Source of the DNA: an uncultured Gemmatimonadales bacterium
GTDB taxonomy: Bacteria > Gemmatimonadota > Gemmatimonadetes > Gemmatimonadales > GWC2-71-9
Length of the DNA stretch: 64,000 bases
Direction of reading: 5' to 3'
NCBI GenBank assembly: GCA_963728915.1
Contig: CAVSLV010000002.1
Coordinates: 256,001 to 320,000 of the forward strand
Positions 11,091-21,074 of this stretch are shown in pieces (position 1 is the stretch's first letter; every line of letters starts with the position of its first letter). The translations under genes were made by a program, and so were the position numbers. The notes beneath the pieces were generated by a model. That model saw only the letters and a list, made by a program, of their open reading frames with translations. It was not told the DNA's origin and did no database searches.

Positions 11091-12260
11091 TTAGCCTCCC
11101 GCTGCCTTCCCGGTTCCAAAGATCTCCCGGAACGCTACCATGAACCGTCCCATCTCGTCCGGGGTACCCACCGAGACCCGGAGATGCTCGGTGAGCGGCG
11201 GGAACGGGCGGCCCACCAGGATCTTCCGCTTGCGGAAGTCGTCGACCAAGGGCTGCACCGGGCGCTTGAGGTGCACCATGAAGAAGTTGCACTGCGACGG
11301 AATGGTGTCGTAGCCCAGCTCATTGAGCTGCCGCATGCACTTGTCGCGCCCTTCGATGGTCACCTTCTTGACCCAGGCCTGGGCGGCGGTGTCGTTGAGC
11401 GCCGCGACTCCACCCCACTTCACCACCGCGTTGATGCTGCCGGACCCGAACGGACGGAGCTGCTGAATGAGGCTCCGGGGAGCGATGGCGTATCCCAGCC
11501 GCATCCCGGCAAGCGCGGCAATCTTGGAGAAGGTCCGGGTCACGATCACCTGCCGGCCTTCCAGCACGTAGGGCATCGACGTGGCGTACTCGGGATCGGT
11601 CACGAAATGGTGATAGGCCTCGTCGATCAGCACCGGGACGTCTTCCGGAATCGAATCGAGGAGCTGCGCCACGTCCTTGCTGGACACGGTCCGCCCGGTG
11701 GGATTGTTGGGATTCACCAGGTACACGAAGCCCACGTCCCGGTAGTTCTGCTTGACCGCCCGGATCATCGCGGGGATGTCCTGGGTGTAGTCCTTGAGCA
11801 GCGGCAGTCTGATCTGATCCGCCTTGAGGGTCCGGGCGTGCTGGTAGAGGATGTCGTAGGAGGGATCCACTCCGACGACCTTCTTGTCATCGCGGAGCAA
11901 CGCAATGCACGCGATGTCGAGGATCTCGCCCGAACCGGCGCCCAGCATGACGTTCTCGGGCTCGACCCCATGGAGCTTGGCGATCGCGTCGGTGATCCCG
12001 CCGTCGGGATAGCCATACCGATTGGCGTACTTGAAGGCGTCGGTCATCGCCTTGATCACCGAATCGGGCGGCCCGTAGGGGTTCTCGTTGTTGGCCAGCT
12101 TGGCAAACGCGTCGTATTCGTCCACCGTGGCCCGCTGTCGCTGCTGCGCCGGCGCGGCCTGCGACCAGAGCCCGAGCTCAGGCCGAAGCGTCAACGCCCC
12201 TACCGCCGTCGCGACCCCACCGAAGAATCGCCGCCTGGTCACCGGTACCCTCATGCTCAT
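11091..12260 (-). CDS. Class I/II PLP aminotransferase (HisC-like) with Tat signal
   Basis: TRRRFFGG twin-arginine, NENPYGP, NPNNPTG, IDEAY and RTFSKIAALAGMRLGY. Confidence 0.9.
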   Translation of the reverse strand: MSMRVPVTRRRFFGGVATAVGALTLRPELGLWSQAAPAQQRQRATVDEYDAFAKLANNENPYGPPDSVIKAMTDAFKYANRYGYPDGGITDAIAKLHGVEPENVMLGAGSGEILDIACIALLRDDKKVVGVDPSYDILYQHARTLKADQIRLPLLKDYTQDIPAMIRAVKQNYRDVGFVYLVNPNNPTGRTVSSKDVAQLLDSIPEDVPVLIDEAYHHFVTDPEYATSMPYVLEGRQVIVTRTFSKIAALAGMRLGYAIAPRSLIQQLRPFGSGSINAVVKWGGVAALNDTAAQAWVKKVTIEGRDKCMRQLNELGYDTIPSQCNFFMVHLKRPVQPLVDDFRKRKILVGRPFPPLTEHLRVSVGTPDEMGRFMVAFREIFGTGKAAGG

Positions 12261-12283
12261 CGTCGCCCCTTTCTGTAATCCCT

Positions 12284-12317
12284 CAGTCCGCCTGTCCGCC
12301 CGTCCGCCTGTCCGCCC
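12284..12317. repeat. Tandem 8-bp unit C(C/T)GTCCGC (intergenic copy of a dispersed repeat)
   Basis: cagtccgcctgtccgcccgtccgcctgtccgccc. Confidence 0.8.
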
Positions 12318-12321
12318 CTCC

Positions 12322-14502
12322 TCAGCTCCAGCTCAAATCCTGCTTCCCGATCGGCAAGGACCGGATTCGCTTGCCGGTCGCCTCGAAAATCGCGTTGCAC
12401 AACGCGGGGATGACCGGCGGCAAGGCCGGCTCCCCTAACCCGGTGGGCGGGAAATCCGGGGTGCTCCAGTGCACCTCGATCGGGACCGCCCGGGTCAGCC
12501 GGAGCAGCGGGAAATCGTGGAAATTGCTCTGCACCGCCCGGCCCTGCTCGATGGTGATCTCCTGCCCCAGCGCCTCCGCGATGCCGTCGAGCACCGCGCC
12601 CTGCACCTGGTTCTCCGCGTTCAGGGGATTGATCACCTGGCTCCCGATATCGCCGGCCACCCAGACCTTCTCGATGCTCAGGACGCCGGCCCGGGTGACG
12701 CTCGCCTGGACCACCTCGGCAAAATGACCCCGGTGGCTGTAGTGGAACGCCACCCCCATCCCGCTCCCCCGTTCCTTCCTCCGGGAGCTCCAGCCCGACT
12801 TCTCGGCGACCAGCTCGAGCACCGCTCGCATCCGCTGGGCGTTGAGTCCCTCCCCCTCCGGGGCCGAACCCAGCAGATCGAGCCGGAACTGCAGCGGATC
12901 CCGGCCCCCGGCATGGGCCAGCTCATCGAGGAACGATTGCATCACGAACGCCACGCCGTTGCTGGTCGGGGCGCGCAACGCCCCGGTTGGAACGCCCAAC
13001 GGCATCACCGACGCATCGAGCTGATAGTTCGGGATGAACCGCTGGGGAAACTCGGTGGCGCCCAATCCGGCGGACGGCGCGAAGCGCTCGCCCTCGCCGA
13101 ACGAAACGAAATGGTTGCGCCACGCGACCAGCTTCCCGGCCCCGTCCACCCCGCCGGCGAGATAGTGGAACCCCGCTGGGCGGTAGAAGTCGTGCCGCAT
13201 GTCGTCTTCCCGGGTCCAGAGCAGCTTGACCGGTACCCCGGCCTGTTTCGCGATCGCCGCGGCTTCGACCATGTAGTCGTTGTTGAGCCGCCGGCCGAAT
13301 CCGCCCCCGCTCCGGGTCAAGTGAATCGTGATGTCGGTCTCGGGAAGGTTCAGGGTGCGGGAGACCAGAGTGCGGCCACTGGCGGGAGTCTGGGTCGGCG
13401 CCCAGATCTCGAGCTTGCCGTCGCGGTAGCTCGCGGTGCAGTTCATCGGCTCGAGCGGCGCATGCGCGATGAACGGATAGAAGTACTCTGCTTCCACCCG
13501 TTTGGCGGCGCTCGCGAGGCCGGCCTCGGGATCGCCGTCCTTCCGGAGGTTGCGCTGGGCCGGCCCCTTGCTCAGCTCGGCGGCTCGCGCCGCGAACGCG
13601 GCGCTGCTCTGTGCGGCGGTGTCGCCCTCGTTCCAGGTCACCTTGAGCGCATCGCGGGCTCGCTTGGCCGCCCACCAGGTATCGCCCAGAACGGCCACGC
13701 CACCGAGCAATCCGTTCAGCGCGCCACCGGGACCCGGCTCCAGCACGAAGGCCTGGCGAACCCCGGGATGGGAGCGCACTTCATCGAGATTGGCGTCGGT
13801 CACGGTGCCGCCGAACACCGGACATTTTTCGTACAGCGCATAGAGCATCCCGGGAACGTTCACGTCGATGCCGTACAGCGGGGTTCCGGTCACGATGGCG
13901 TGGGTATCCACCCCGTGAATCGGCTGCCCGATGATGCGGAACTGCTTGGGATCCTTGAGGGGCACCGAGTCGAGCGCGGGCGCGGGAACCGCGGCGGCCT
14001 TTTCCAGCAAGGCGCCGTACTTGAGGCTGCGTCCGCTCCGGCGGTGAAAGACCGCACCGGAGAGCGTTTCGCACTCGGACTCGGGCACCTGCCAGGTCCG
14101 GGCGGCTGCGGTCACCAGCATGGCGCGCCCCGCGGCGCCCACCTGCCGCATCCGGGTCCAGTGGGTTGGAGTTGCGGTGCTTCCACCCGCGAACTGTCGC
14201 TCGAACTTGTCGGTATCGAGACCGGCCTGCTCGATCCGGACGTCCTTCCAGTCGACGTCCAGCTCGTCGGCGATGATCATCGGAAGCATCGTCTTGACGC
14301 CCTGCCCGATCTCCGGGTTCTGGGCAATCAGGGTGACCGCGCCGTCCGGGGTGATCCGGATGAACGGGTTAGGGAGAAACTCGCTGGCCGTCGATGCGCC
14401 GAGCCGGGAGGCGCGGCCCAGACGGGTCCCCAACAGCAGGCCTCCCCCCGCCATGACGCCGACGGCGAGAAACTCCCGCCGGTCCCAGGTGGCCCGGCTC
14501 AT
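12322..14502 (-). CDS. iorB: Xanthine dehydrogenase-family molybdopterin-binding subunit (isoquinoline 1-oxidoreductase beta-like), Tat-exported
   Basis: DRREFL Tat motif, [23 protein letters not shown] and GLGEPALPP. Confidence 0.9.
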   Translation of the reverse strand: MSRATWDRREFLAVGVMAGGGLLLGTRLGRASRLGASTASEFLPNPFIRITPDGAVTLIAQNPEIGQGVKTMLPMIIADELDVDWKDVRIEQAGLDTDKFERQFAGGSTATPTHWTRMRQVGAAGRAMLVTAAARTWQVPESECETLSGAVFHRRSGRSLKYGALLEKAAAVPAPALDSVPLKDPKQFRIIGQPIHGVDTHAIVTGTPLYGIDVNVPGMLYALYEKCPVFGGTVTDANLDEVRSHPGVRQAFVLEPGPGGALNGLLGGVAVLGDTWWAAKRARDALKVTWNEGDTAAQSSAAFAARAAELSKGPAQRNLRKDGDPEAGLASAAKRVEAEYFYPFIAHAPLEPMNCTASYRDGKLEIWAPTQTPASGRTLVSRTLNLPETDITIHLTRSGGGFGRRLNNDYMVEAAAIAKQAGVPVKLLWTREDDMRHDFYRPAGFHYLAGGVDGAGKLVAWRNHFVSFGEGERFAPSAGLGATEFPQRFIPNYQLDASVMPLGVPTGALRAPTSNGVAFVMQSFLDELAHAGGRDPLQFRLDLLGSAPEGEGLNAQRMRAVLELVAEKSGWSSRRKERGSGMGVAFHYSHRGHFAEVVQASVTRAGVLSIEKVWVAGDIGSQVINPLNAENQVQGAVLDGIAEALGQEITIEQGRAVQSNFHDFPLLRLTRAVPIEVHWSTPDFPPTGLGEPALPPVIPALCNAIFEATGKRIRSLPIGKQDLSWS

Positions 14503-14984
14503 GGCTGGCCCCCGGTGCTCGCGGCGCCGGCGGGGAGGGTGGCCGCGAGATGAATCGCCTGGCGAATCCGGAGGTAGGTCGCGCACCGGCACAGGTTTCC
14601 ATTCATGGCGGCATCGATGTCCGCATCGGTCGGTTTGGGCTTCCGGGCCAGCAGGGCGGCCGCGCTCATCAGCTGGCCCGCCTGGCAATAGCCGCACTGC
14701 GGCACGTCCAGCTCTTCCCAGGCCCGCTGAAGCGGATGGGTGCCGTCGGGAGACAGTCCCTCGATGGTGGTCACCAGGGCGCCGCTCACCGCGGAGACAG
14801 GGAGCACACACGAGCGGGTCGGCGCGCCGGCCACGTGCACGGTACAGGCGCCGCACTGCGCCGCCCCGCAGCCGAATTTGGTGCCCTTGAGGTCGAGCAC
14901 ATCGCGGAGGACCCAGAGCAGCGGCATGTCGGGCGAGACGTCCACCGTCACCGCCTTGCCGTTCACCTTGAAGCTGGTGCTCAT
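14499..14984 (-). CDS. iorA: (2Fe-2S)-binding small subunit (IorA-like)
   Basis: [25 protein letters not shown] and NLCRCATY. The stop overlaps the iorB start. Confidence 0.93.
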   Translation of the reverse strand: MSTSFKVNGKAVTVDVSPDMPLLWVLRDVLDLKGTKFGCGAAQCGACTVHVAGAPTRSCVLPVSAVSGALVTTIEGLSPDGTHPLQRAWEELDVPQCGYCQAGQLMSAAALLARKPKPTDADIDAAMNGNLCRCATYLRIRQAIHLAATLPAGAASTGGQP

Positions 14985-16027
14985 GGCTTCACATACCTCC
15001 TGAGCGCGCGTGGTCCGACTTCCGCGCCATAGATATTGCCTTTCGCGTCGACCGCCACCCCCTCCGCCGCGCTGGTGCCGCGGGCGCTCTCGTCCGGGTC
15101 GGGAATGAAATACAGCACCTTGCCGTCCCGGGCGTTCCCGATGCGGATTCCGCGCTTCCAGGCGCCATGGGCGGGATTGACCGACCCGGACTCTGAATCG
15201 GCCACGTAGATCATGTCGTTCTTGTCGATCTCGATGCCGCTGGGCCGGCTGAACTGGGACCACTCCGCCAGAAACGTTCCCTCCTGGTCGAAGATCTCGA
15301 TCCGGTTGTTGCTTCGATCGCCCACGAAGAGCCGGCCCCGGGAATCCATGGCCAGAGCGTGGGGCTGGGCGAATTCCCCGGGACTGCTGCCTTTCACGCC
15401 CCAGGTCTTGAGCAGCTTGCCGCTCTGGTCGAACTTGAGAATCCGCGCGTTCGCGTCGGCGGCATCCGAGTGTCCTTCGGCGACGAAGATGTCGCCGTTC
15501 GGCGCGACCAGCACGTCGTTCGGTTGATAGAAGAACTCCGTCCCCTTGCCCCCGCCGGGTTTCCCCAGGGTCAGGAGCAGGGTGCCCTCGGGGCTGAACT
15601 TGTAGACCTGGTGGCCTTTCCCGGGCGTGTTACGCTGCTCGGCGGTGCCGGTGCAGGCGCAATCGGTGACCCACACATTGCCCTGGCGATCCACCGTGAT
15701 CCCGTGGGGGGAAAGGAACATTCCCTTTCCGAAGCTCCTCACCAGCTTGCCCGATCCATCGAACTCGAGGACCGGGTCGAGATCGGAGCCGGCGCAGCTG
15801 TTTTCGCCGCAGCGCTCGCCGACCCAGATGCTCGTCCCGTCCCGGTCGATCGCGACGGCGCTGGTCGAGCCCCAGGTTCGCCCCGCAGGCATGTGCGCCC
15901 AGCCGGAAATCGTGCGATACGGGTTGGGGAGATCGTTGGTGGGAGCCGTCCCGGCCTGACCCGAAACGAGGGACGGAAGCGGAAGGGCGATCACCACGAG
16001 GATCGCCCGGGCAGAGCGGCAGTCCAT
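14981..16027 (-). CDS. NHL-repeat / peptidyl-alpha-hydroxyglycine lyase-like exported protein
   Basis: [33 protein letters not shown] and [22 protein letters not shown] repeats. Confidence 0.9.
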   Translation of the reverse strand: MDCRSARAILVVIALPLPSLVSGQAGTAPTNDLPNPYRTISGWAHMPAGRTWGSTSAVAIDRDGTSIWVGERCGENSCAGSDLDPVLEFDGSGKLVRSFGKGMFLSPHGITVDRQGNVWVTDCACTGTAEQRNTPGKGHQVYKFSPEGTLLLTLGKPGGGKGTEFFYQPNDVLVAPNGDIFVAEGHSDAADANARILKFDQSGKLLKTWGVKGSSPGEFAQPHALAMDSRGRLFVGDRSNNRIEIFDQEGTFLAEWSQFSRPSGIEIDKNDMIYVADSESGSVNPAHGAWKRGIRIGNARDGKVLYFIPDPDESARGTSAAEGVAVDAKGNIYGAEVGPRALRRYVKP

Positions 16028-16059
16028 GAGGCAAACCTACTCGATCCGCGGAGGGACTG

Positions 16060-16560
16060 CTAACGCCCCGAGAGGGGCGAGCCTCCCGCAACACGGAACA
16101 GGCCGAGCCCGGCTTGCTCGAGTACGGCGGGAATCGCCCGAATCGCATCCCGATCGTATTCCCGGATTCGCTCGGAAAGCTCGGCCCAATCGACCAGATA
16201 GGGCGTCCGTTTGCGGGCCACGTCCTTCACCGGACCCGGAGTCCAGCCGGCGGCTCGCCGTTCCCGCACCCAGCGATCGTGCTCGCCCCGGGCCAGGATC
16301 TCGAGCTCGCCAGGGGAAAACGATCGCCTCGCGTTACGGTCCATCGGTCCGATCCGGTAGCCCACCTGCGCCACCGTCACCGGGAAGGCCTGGGCCTGGG
16401 AGCGATTCGATGCCCGCAGCGCCTCGGGCAGGAGGTCCCAGGGTTGCATGGCCGGATCGCTGGAAGCTTTCCGGTCCCGCTGGTTCCGCAGGTATCGCTC
16501 GTGAATCGCGCGGGCCAGTCGCTCGATCAGGTCGGCCGGAAGCTCGGCGGGACCCTTCAT
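16060..16560 (-). CDS. Stand-alone tandem RyR-domain protein
   Basis: LARAIHERY...PWDLLPEALRASNR and LARGEHDRW..ER..AGW..G..KD...KRTPYLVDWAELSE..REYDR. Confidence 0.8.
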   Translation of the reverse strand: MKGPAELPADLIERLARAIHERYLRNQRDRKASSDPAMQPWDLLPEALRASNRSQAQAFPVTVAQVGYRIGPMDRNARRSFSPGELEILARGEHDRWVRERRAAGWTPGPVKDVARKRTPYLVDWAELSERIREYDRDAIRAIPAVLEQAGLGLFRVAGGSPLSGR

Positions 16561-16563
16561 CCC

Positions 16564-18366
16564 CTAACCCGGAGACCTCGCGGCGTGCAGGCCCACTTCC
16601 GCCAGCAGGGCCGGAATGGTCTCGACCGCGGCCCGGTCGTAGCCGCGGATCTCCTCGGGAAGCTCGGACCAGTCGCACAGAAACGGGCTGGTTCTTCGCT
16701 CCACGTTCTTGGGTCCCCGGCTCCAGCCCGCCAGCCATCGCTCGGCATTCCAGCGGTGATGCTCCATCCGGGCCAGGAGCTCGACTTCGTCCGGGGTGAA
16801 CCGGAACGGACGCTCCGGACCTTGGAGGCCCTCCGCGAGATCGGCGCCGATCGCGCGAAGCTTGATGACCACGTGGTCCGCCTGCTGGCGGTTCGATTCC
16901 CGAAGGTCCTCCTCGAGGAGCGGCCAGGGCGCCACACTCCGATCGTCGGGATCCCGCTCGCCGCCGGTGAGCCGCCGGGTGACGAAGTCGGCATGAATCG
17001 CCTTGGCGAGCTTCTCTTCCAGGGTGTCCTGGAGCGCGGCCTCGCAGCATCCCTCGTCCAGCCGGCCGAAGGTCCGCACCCGGACTCGCGATCCCGACTC
17101 CGGCCGGCTCCAGAGCCGGTCTACCATCGCTCCCAGTCCCTCCCGGTGCGCCACCCGCACCGCGACCCGCACCGCGTCGCCCCGGAGCACCGGGAGAAGC
17201 CGAAGCGCCACCTCGACCGCCCGGGCCTGGTCGTCGAAGCAGACCACCAGACTGGTCAGGGCACATCCATCCGCGGACCACTCCTCGATCAGTCGCCGGG
17301 CCCCGGGAGACTCCAGGTCCAGGTGGTGAACGGTGAGCTCGCACACCTCCCGGAAACGGGGGTAGCGGAACAGGAACGCCTCCTCCCGCGCCGGCCCCTC
17401 CCGGTCGATCACCGAGATCCGGAGCCGCCGGGCCGGGTCAGCGACGCCGTTCGCGAAATGCCCCAGCTTGGCGGCCCGAAGCGCGACCGATCTTCCCATG
17501 CGCCCGAAACCGAAAATCACCAGGTGAGGACGCCGGCTTTCGGTCGCGGCAATCCCGTGATGGTCGATCGGAAGCTCCGAGAGGAGCACCCGGCGGGCCT
17601 CCCGGTCGTAGAGATCGAAGAACTGGAGTGATACCGGCGATCCCTCCACCCGGGGAGCGAGCCGTTGCAGCTCGACTCGAAGGTCCACATCGGAGAGATG
17701 GATGTTGCAGTGCACCGGGCCGCGCTTCCGCCGCTGTCCCGGCTGGGCGTCCAGCACCGCTTCGGCCTGGACCGCGGTTTCGCAGTTCACCCCATCATCG
17801 GGACATAAAGCCCACAGCTCCGCGGCGCGAAGCAACCCGGCGGAACGGAGCACCGCGGGATCGGCGGCGTTGCCGGTAATGACTTGGGCGCCGAGCCGCA
17901 GGCATTCTCGGGCTTGTTCCTCGGCAGGTTGTCGATCGATCACGACCACCTGTCGTCGGCGGCCCGCCCGGCTCCGCTCGTGCCGGACGCACTGGACCGC
18001 GCGACGGCCCAGTCCTCCGATCACCACATGATTGGAGAACCGCCCGAACCGCATCGCGGCGAATTCATTGGGAAAGAGCTGCCGCCCGACCCGGAGCACG
18101 GCGCCGACCAGGAACACCGCCGCGGACCAGCGGGCGAACTCGAGGGAGAGCGGAACGGCGTGCTCGAAATGGGGGCTATGCAGCAGGAAGAGCTGGGCGC
18201 AGTGATAGAGGGCGGTCCAGACCGAACGGTCCGCGCCGATCTGTTCCGCGTATTCGGCGTATCCCCAGGTCCCCAGCGCCAGCGTGGCGAGAAACCAGCC
18301 CACCAGGAGGAAGCGACGGGGTCGGGACAACAGGCTGAGATTGAGTCCCGACTCCGAGCCGCTCAT
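16564..18366 (-). CDS. Membrane protein with TrkA-N/RCK-like NAD-binding domains and C-terminal RyR domains
   Basis: Two N-terminal TM helices, HVVIGGLGRRA and LVIFGFGRMG Rossmann motifs, LAKAIHADF..PW..L.EDLRESNR and LARMEHHRW.AERW.AGW. Confidence 0.82.
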   Translation of the reverse strand: MSGSESGLNLSLLSRPRRFLLVGWFLATLALGTWGYAEYAEQIGADRSVWTALYHCAQLFLLHSPHFEHAVPLSLEFARWSAAVFLVGAVLRVGRQLFPNEFAAMRFGRFSNHVVIGGLGRRAVQCVRHERSRAGRRRQVVVIDRQPAEEQARECLRLGAQVITGNAADPAVLRSAGLLRAAELWALCPDDGVNCETAVQAEAVLDAQPGQRRKRGPVHCNIHLSDVDLRVELQRLAPRVEGSPVSLQFFDLYDREARRVLLSELPIDHHGIAATESRRPHLVIFGFGRMGRSVALRAAKLGHFANGVADPARRLRISVIDREGPAREEAFLFRYPRFREVCELTVHHLDLESPGARRLIEEWSADGCALTSLVVCFDDQARAVEVALRLLPVLRGDAVRVAVRVAHREGLGAMVDRLWSRPESGSRVRVRTFGRLDEGCCEAALQDTLEEKLAKAIHADFVTRRLTGGERDPDDRSVAPWPLLEEDLRESNRQQADHVVIKLRAIGADLAEGLQGPERPFRFTPDEVELLARMEHHRWNAERWLAGWSRGPKNVERRTSPFLCDWSELPEEIRGYDRAAVETIPALLAEVGLHAARSPG

Positions 18367-19472
18367 GGAAGCGGAGTTTCATCCCGGGCGCCGAGGAACT
18401 CGCCCAGGGGAGCGAGCCCCTCGATATGGTCGCCGCAGATCTTGAGGGTGGCGAGGATGGGGACCGCGACGAAGGCGCCGGCCACGCCCCAGATCCAGTA
18501 CCAGAACCCGATCCCCACGAACACCGCGACCGGGTTGAGCGCCAGCCGCCGGCCCTGCAGCACCGGATAGAGCAGGTTGGCCTGGAGCAGGTTGATCAGG
18601 ATCAGCGCGCCGGGCGGCAGCAGGGCGTGGCCCAGCTCGTGAAAGGTGGCCAGGCCCGCGACGAAGAGCACGATGGTGAGGAGCACGGCCCCGAGATAGG
18701 GAACGAATTCGAGCAGGAACGCGGCGGCGCCCCAGAGCAGCGGGTTAGGCATGCCGATCAGCTGCATCGCCCCGGCCACCACCAGGCCTTCGATCAGGTT
18801 GATCAGGGCGGCGGTCCCCAGGTAGGTGGAGATGGAAGCCTGGGTCTGCCGCGCGATCCGCGCCGCGGTGAGCTTGTCCGTGAGATTAGGAAGCAGCTTG
18901 ATGAGTTTGCGGAGGAACAGGTCCCCGGCGGCCAGCAGGAAATAGAGCAGGATGACGATCTGGAGCAGGGCGGTCACCACCCGGGAGGTCGAACCGAACA
19001 GCCGGGACAGGAAACCCGGCCCCCGAACCACGACCTCCTGGGCCTGGCTTGGCTCGGTGACGCCGACTTCCCCGGCCGCGCTCTCGACCTGTTTCGCCGT
19101 TTGGCTCACCCTCTGGAACGGCCGAAACAGCTTGCGAAGCTCCCGCTGGGCACCGGCAATGGCCTGGGGAGCCTTTTCGCCCCAGACCTGGACCGGGCCG
19201 GCCAGCTGGTACACCGCGAAGCCGACCCCGCCAACCAGGCCGAGCACGACCAGGGCGGCGGCGACGGCGGTGGGAATCCGGAGCCGGCCAAGCCCGCGCA
19301 CCAAAGGACCCAGGACGAAGTTCAGCAGGACGGCGAAGGTGACGGGGAGCAGGAAGGCCCGGGCGAAATACAGGGTGTATCCCACGGCCAGCACGGCCAC
19401 GACCCCGAGCGCGTTGGGGCGAAGGCGGGAAGCCGAAGGCTCGGGAGGGACCGCGGGGGGGCCGGCAGCCAT
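18363..19472 (-). CDS. AI-2E family transporter
   Basis: Multi-TM protein with FLLPVTFAVLLNFVL.PLV, GMPNPLLWG..AFLLEFVPYLG and LNPVAVF...FWYWIWGVAGAFVAVP. Confidence 0.9.
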   Translation of the reverse strand: MAAGPPAVPPEPSASRLRPNALGVVAVLAVGYTLYFARAFLLPVTFAVLLNFVLGPLVRGLGRLRIPTAVAAALVVLGLVGGVGFAVYQLAGPVQVWGEKAPQAIAGAQRELRKLFRPFQRVSQTAKQVESAAGEVGVTEPSQAQEVVVRGPGFLSRLFGSTSRVVTALLQIVILLYFLLAAGDLFLRKLIKLLPNLTDKLTAARIARQTQASISTYLGTAALINLIEGLVVAGAMQLIGMPNPLLWGAAAFLLEFVPYLGAVLLTIVLFVAGLATFHELGHALLPPGALILINLLQANLLYPVLQGRRLALNPVAVFVGIGFWYWIWGVAGAFVAVPILATLKICGDHIEGLAPLGEFLGARDETPLP

Positions 19473-19556
19473 CCGGTAATTATACGGTGGACAGCACCCC
19501 CGGGGGGTGGCATTTTTGGTCCCCCGGCAACGATAACCCGCAGCGAGGAGGAAACG

Positions 19557-20063
19557 ATGCAGACCCGGTTGGCAGTGATCCTGATGCTGGCGGTGCCCGG
19601 TGCGGCCGCGGCCCAGGGGCTGGAAGCGGTCACCCCGATCTATGAAATGGGCAAGGGATGGCTGATCAAATCGGCCGAGCAGATGCCCGAGGCGAACTGG
19701 TCCTTCAAGCCGACTCCGGCGGTCCGGAGCTTCGGCGAGATCATCGGGCATGTCGCCGATGCGAATTACATGTTCTGCTCGATGGTTCTGGGGGAGAAGA
19801 GTCCGGCCACGATGTCGTACGAGAAGGCAAGCCGCGCCGATGCGATCCAGGGTCTCAAGGCAGCGTTCGCCTACTGCGACAAAGCCTACAAGATTCCGGT
19901 CGCGAGCCTGGGCGATCCGGTCACCTTCGAGGGCATGAAGGGGAACAAGCTCTGGGGACTCATGTTCAACGTGGCCCACAACAGCGAGCACTACGGGAAC
20001 CTGGTCACCTATTTCCGGCTCAAGAACATGGTGCCGCCCTCGAGCCAGTCGAGCGGCATGTAG
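19557..20063 (+). CDS. Exported DinB/YfiT-family protein
   Basis: GAGGAGG RBS, signal peptide, AEQMPE..WSFKP...RSFGEIIGHVA and HNSEHYGNLVTY. Confidence 0.88.
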   Translation: MQTRLAVILMLAVPGAAAAQGLEAVTPIYEMGKGWLIKSAEQMPEANWSFKPTPAVRSFGEIIGHVADANYMFCSMVLGEKSPATMSYEKASRADAIQGLKAAFAYCDKAYKIPVASLGDPVTFEGMKGNKLWGLMFNVAHNSEHYGNLVTYFRLKNMVPPSSQSSGM

Positions 20064-20086
20064 CTCCCTCACCCGCGACAGACGCG

Positions 20087-20497
20087 GTGCCGAACCCGGG
20101 CGGGGACGAAGCGGTCATCTATTTCGATGGAGTCTGCAACCTGTGTAACCGGTTCGTCGACTTCGTGATCCGGCACGATCTCCAGCGCCGGTTCCGCTTC
20201 GCCTCGCTCCAGGGAGAGACCGCCCGGGAACGGCTTCCCGGGTGGCTCACCGGTGCGGCGCTCAGGACGGTGGCGCTGGAGACGCCGGGCCGGTTGCGAT
20301 TCCGGTCCGATGCGGTCCTCGCGGTCCTGGCCGGGCTGGGCGGGGCGTGGAAGCTGGCGGCCGGATTCCGGATCGTTCCCCCGATCGTCCGGGATGCGGT
20401 GTACGAATACGTGGCCAACCGGCGCTTCCGGTGGTTCGGCCAGCGCGACAGCTGCCGGCTCCCGACTCCCGAAGAACGGGAGCTCTTTCTGCCCTGA
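20087..20497 (+). CDS. DCC1-like thiol-disulfide oxidoreductase
   Basis: YFDGVCNLCN (DxxCxxC), FASLQ and RDAVYEYVANRRFRWFG..DSC. Confidence 0.9.
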   Translation: MPNPGGDEAVIYFDGVCNLCNRFVDFVIRHDLQRRFRFASLQGETARERLPGWLTGAALRTVALETPGRLRFRSDAVLAVLAGLGGAWKLAAGFRIVPPIVRDAVYEYVANRRFRWFGQRDSCRLPTPEERELFLP

Positions 20498-20505
20498 GGT
20501 GTGAC

Positions 20506-21039
20506 ATGGAAGTGGCAACGTTTGCGGGAGGGTGCTTCTGGTGCATGGAAGCGATCTTCCAGTCCCTCCAAGGCGTGCACCAGGTGAGGTCGGGATACAC
20601 CGGAGGACGGATCCCCAACCCCAGCTACGAGCGGGTATGCACCGGAGCCACCGGGCACGCCGAAGCGGTGGAGATCCGGTTCGATCCCGCGGTGATCTCC
20701 TATCGAACGCTGCTGGAGTTCTTCTTCGCCTTCCACGATCCGACCACCCTGAACCGGCAGGGACCCGACGAGGGAACCCAGTATCGCTCCGCGATCTTCT
20801 ACCAGAGCGACGAGCAGAAGCGGCAGGCGGAAGAGGTGATCCGCGAGCTCGAGAAGAACGGCACCTTTCCCGATCGCATCGTCACCGAGCTTTCCCCCGC
20901 GAACGAGTTCTATCCGGCCGAGCCCTATCACGTGGACTACTATCGCCGGAACCCCGACAAGGCCTACTGCCGGGCGACCATCGGCCCCAAGGTGGCCAAG
21001 CTCCGCAGCAAGTACGCCGATTCGCTGAAACAACCCTGA
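20506..21039 (+). CDS. msrA: Peptide-methionine (S)-S-oxide reductase
   Basis: GGCFWCME, VCTGATGHAE, HDPTTLNRQG and FYPAEPYH. Confidence 0.96.
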   Translation: MEVATFAGGCFWCMEAIFQSLQGVHQVRSGYTGGRIPNPSYERVCTGATGHAEAVEIRFDPAVISYRTLLEFFFAFHDPTTLNRQGPDEGTQYRSAIFYQSDEQKRQAEEVIRELEKNGTFPDRIVTELSPANEFYPAEPYHVDYYRRNPDKAYCRATIGPKVAKLRSKYADSLKQP

Positions 21040-21074
21040 CGACCCGACCTTCAACGCCCACCTCGACTGAGCGA

